A stretch of DNA of 63,768 nt, counting the filler, from Perkinsus chesapeaki ATCC PRA-425 (taxonomy: Eukaryota; Protista; Perkinsozoa): assembly GCA_013115145.1 (NCBI GenBank). It is 10 parts of 10 records of this genome, joined end to end, with 100 filler letters (N's around TTAATTAATTAA, not from the genome) between each part and the next. Parts side by side here need not be neighbours in the genome. Positions count along the whole stretch, not along the records: positions 60,444 to 62,533 come from JAAPAO010001680.1; positions 62,634 to 63,768 come from JAAPAO010002166.1; 8 more parts are not named here. The stretch is one strand, 5' to 3'. Numbering within the stretch: the stretch's first letter is position 1; every line of letters begins with the position of its first letter. The notes beneath the pieces were generated by a model, which made no database searches, was not told where the DNA came from, and worked only from the letters and a program-made list of their open reading frames with translations. Below, piece after piece: positions 60,444 to 63,768 of this stretch. The translations under genes were made by a program, and so were the position numbers.

Positions 60444-62533
60444 CCTATGAGTCGGTCTACTTCTCACCGGTGACCTCTACGCCTGTTATGTCACCTCTAT
60501 TAGCCCCGTTATCTGAAGGTGCTAGTAACCGTTCTACGGTTCAGATCGATAATGTTTCTCGATCTACTCTTGAAGTTCGACCACAACTCGGAGATCGGTC
60601 TCTAGACGTTATCAGCAAGTCCCTAGGATATCCACCTATGGGTTATTCGTCCCAATGTCGTCGACTTTCTGTTCAACAAGTGATTGGTTCTAAAGCTTCT
60701 TCTCCTCTAGAAGCTGTGCCCGTAACACTTCGGCAATCTAGCCAGACCCCTATGTTTGGCTCTAGTTCAGAACGCCATAATAAAGGCCCTACTGCTGGTA
60801 TTTCTTCTACCAGCTTTGGTTCACCAATTACCACTCTAGATGTTGGCACTGTCTATATGGCCGGTACCGTTGTCAGGACTCCGACCTCTAAGGCCGCCGC
60901 TAAGCGCAAGGCTCTCGACAAGTCCAACTCTAAAATTGGTCGCCCTCGTTCCGGCAAATCTACTTTGCCTGAGATCTCCGATCCGAACGAGGATGGGGCA
61001 TCGTCTAAGGATGATGATCTAGACCCCAAAACCCCTGGTGCTGATGTTATCACGTCTACTGTTGACGACGACTTTCAGAACAAGACTATTTCTAATGAAA
61101 CTCAAGCTGCTGCAGCTACTGGTCAAGGCAACTCCGAATCTTCTAGTAAGATTGCTACGACTCAAGGAGGTCTACTAGAGCATGCTATCTCTCTATCTGG
61201 TGGTGTTCCTCAACTGCCAGAAGGTGCTACCAGCTTTAACTGGAAGGTGGTACCAGGGCCAGAAGGTCAACTCTCTCTAGTGCCCTATTCGATTGCTATG
61301 CCTTCTAGTTGTTTGCCTCCGCCTCTGAATTTGTCTACATCTCGTGTAGAGAATTCTAAAGTGCATTCTAGTGTTTCTCGTCCACTACAGCACTCTGCTC
61401 AGCATGTCGGTTCTAGTAGTTCGCACTCTCATGATCGCGGCTCTAACCATCACAAGACTCGTGCTGGTTCTAGATCACATGTTTCTGTATCGTCTTCTAG
61501 TAGTTCTTCTACTTCTAGACACGATAGTCATTGTCCTAAAGTTCCTATTGTACGTACTTCTGAGCACTCTAACTCATCTAGTTATAAGCGCTCTGATCGT
61601 CTTAAGCGATCAAATGCCTCTAGTAAGCATTCTTCTAAGTACGATAGGTCGTCAAGACGTGAACATCATCAACGGCGCCATCATTCTAGCTCCTCAGTGA
61701 GATGCTCTTCGAGATCTAATGACTCTACTAAATGGTCTCGACGTCACCGACGTGAACATCGCCCCCAAGGCCACAGTTCTACTTCGAGCAGCTCTACGAC
61801 TCCTAAACGGTCTCACCGTTCTCGTCATCATCATAGAAGACGACGCTCTACTTCGTCCTCTTCTTCATCTAGCCCCTCTGGGTCTAATCCTTCAAGGTGT
61901 ACTTCGCACTCTAGGCGCTCCTCACTGCTATCCTCTTCTGGTAGTGATAGAGGCCATCCAGCCTCTAAGAAGTCGAGTAACTCTTCTCGATCTTTCTATG
62001 GACTTGATAATCGACATGGTGTTACCAATGGTCGTTTCTATGTCCCTGCTGAGCGCGCGGTACCTTCTCATCGATCTAGGTGCCCTGGATGTAAATCCAA
62101 ACCGTGCAAGTCTAAGATCACCATGAAGGACTACGATGTTGCTTCTAACATCGCTACTAAGTCGCCATTAACTTCTAAGTTCTCTGGCGAAGATGATAAT
62201 AGGAGTGAATCTACCTTTGTCAGGGAAATCCTAGCTGCTCTAGAAGGCCACGATGCTGTCACCAAGTATCTATGGGCTAAGCACAATACTGAGAAGTCTA
62301 TCTGGGCCAAGCTCATCAAGGGAACTGAACCCCCTACTAGGTGTTATCTAGACTACGAGAAGCACCTCGAGAGATTGTGTACTACTATTCGCAAGCTCTA
62401 TGATAATGATGATGCTATTGCCAAGGCTGAGGTCCAGTTTGTTACCTGTCGTCAAGGTAGCTCCGAGTCTCTTTCTAACTATATTAAGAGATTAGAGTCT
62501 ATTGTTACCGAGCTCCACTTTATGGGTATCCGC
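60444..62533 (+). mobile_element. LTR-retrotransposon gag-like ORF (both ends in gaps)
   Basis: Open across the whole contig. Long Ser/His/Arg-rich region, then a retrotransposon-gag motif EVQFVTCRQGSSESLSNYIKRLESIVTEL. Confidence 0.7.
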
Positions 62534-62753
62534 NNNNNNNNNNNNNNNNNNNNNNNNNNNNNNNNNNNNNNNNNNNNTTAATTAATTAANNNNNNNNNNN
62601 NNNNNNNNNNNNNNNNNNNNNNNNNNNNNNNNNTCGAAATCCGAAGTTCCTTGAGTATAGATAATAATTTGAATTTGACAAACGCAAGAGGCTGGCAGGA
62701 TACAGTAGAAGAAGAAACACAATGTAAGCTGCTGCAAGGGTCGTATGGAATCT

Positions 62754-63768
62754 TTACTCAATAACGAGATCACGCTTGGCGTACTGAGGATACTTTTCAC
62801 GATTGTTGTAGAACAAGTCGTGAATAGCCGACACATATCTGAGAAAGTGACACTCCAGCGAGGCAGCGCTAGTTCAAAAGACTTACTTGGCATGCATGGT
62901 TTGAACAGTGTCATTATCTTCCCACTCAATTGGCTTCCCAACAACGACAACGAAGTCCTTCAAGTGATTAGGGCGAATTGATTTGGGCAGAGGTAGGCCC
63001 ATGCCGAGATGGTGCTGGAGCCACTGACGGAATGGCAGCATGAAGTTGCTGGTCTCTGAGATAATGAGTGTATCCGGCCCTGGACGCCTCGAGGCTCACC
63101 ATAGGCAATCTGTTCTCCGAAGCAATAACAAGGTACAATCGGTATCTTTCCAGCATCCCTAGCCAAATAGATAAACCCTCTTCTGGATTTACACACAATC
63201 GTATCATGTGTTGGAGAATACGGTATCAATTGTTCTTTAGTGCCACCAAGGACCAGAGTGAGACTGTAGCCTTCCTTTAAAGCCCTCATACACGTTGGAC
63301 GACCAGCATCAATAACACCCAGCGAAAGCCACAGCTCTCTCATTAGTGGGCACTTGAAACAAACAGATGCACTTAGACCGCACGTTGCATGTGGGCAGTT
63401 GAAAAAGAGGTAAGGATGGCAGAAGGACATCACACCATGAGGATGTATGGAATAGATAACTTGGGTACATTCTTTAAGAGCACTTTCATCTTCGTAAACC
63501 AGCTCAACATTGTCAGCGAATTTCTTCAGGGTGTTCGTGTAGGATGCTCGGCATCGTTCAAAGGTCTTTGAGTTGTATCTAAAAAAGGGTCGACACTCCC
63601 GTCATCCAGCAGTGAGAGGATATGAAATCAAACATCGACCTTCGGATTCCAGCCTTCATTGAACCACCCCATAATGCGAGTTGACAGACTTACTTGCACC
63701 GAGGCTCGTATTGGGAAGAATCAAAGAAGTACACAGAGTATGCCAGCAAGAGACCAAATATCAGCTGC
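62754..63768 (-). CDS. DGAT2/MGAT-family acyltransferase, 5' end outside window
   Basis: YSIHPHG motif, FKCPLMRE..GVIDA, LVLGGTKE, RRGFIYLA and IVPCYCFGE. A final intron gives YVSAIHDLFYNNREKYPQYAKRDLVIE-stop. Confidence 0.9.

Overview
Eukaryotic genomic scaffold, most likely the alveolate parasite Perkinsus. This is inferred from very short 25-90 nt GT-AG introns, intronless subtilisin and pepsin-like expansions, small secreted-protein families and N...TTAATTAATTAA...N assembly pads; no database search was run. Bases 1-40 kb are gene dense: an EF-hand protein, an F-box/LRR protein, a rearranged three-copy secreted-protein family, CS-domain, RRM and PDZ genes, a very long multi-exon membrane-protein gene, an IMP2-like fragment and a thioredoxin. 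Bases 40-62.5 kb are accessory or transposon-rich: a Zn-knuckle ORF, a DIRS/Ngaro-like gag relic, two subtilisins, an aspartyl protease, a Pif1-helicase plus Mutator-transposase element and an LTR gag. A DGAT2-family acyltransferase runs off the right end. Best leads: (1) a decayed but apparently single ORF fusing a complete Pif1 helicase to a MULE DDE transposase; (2) about 11 short introns carrying the tRNA T-loop/Pol III B-box motif, one with a whole tRNA-like relic; (3) long perfect palindromes with a single central base, the longest centred on GANTC, two of which can be shown to be fold-back insertions and one of which may have created a new intron; (4) a 68-bp minisatellite whose unit is exactly a 35-nt GT-AG segment plus an 11-codon in-frame exon. 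All exon models are manual and unverified. Sequence on either side of a linker-padded gap may not be truly adjacent.
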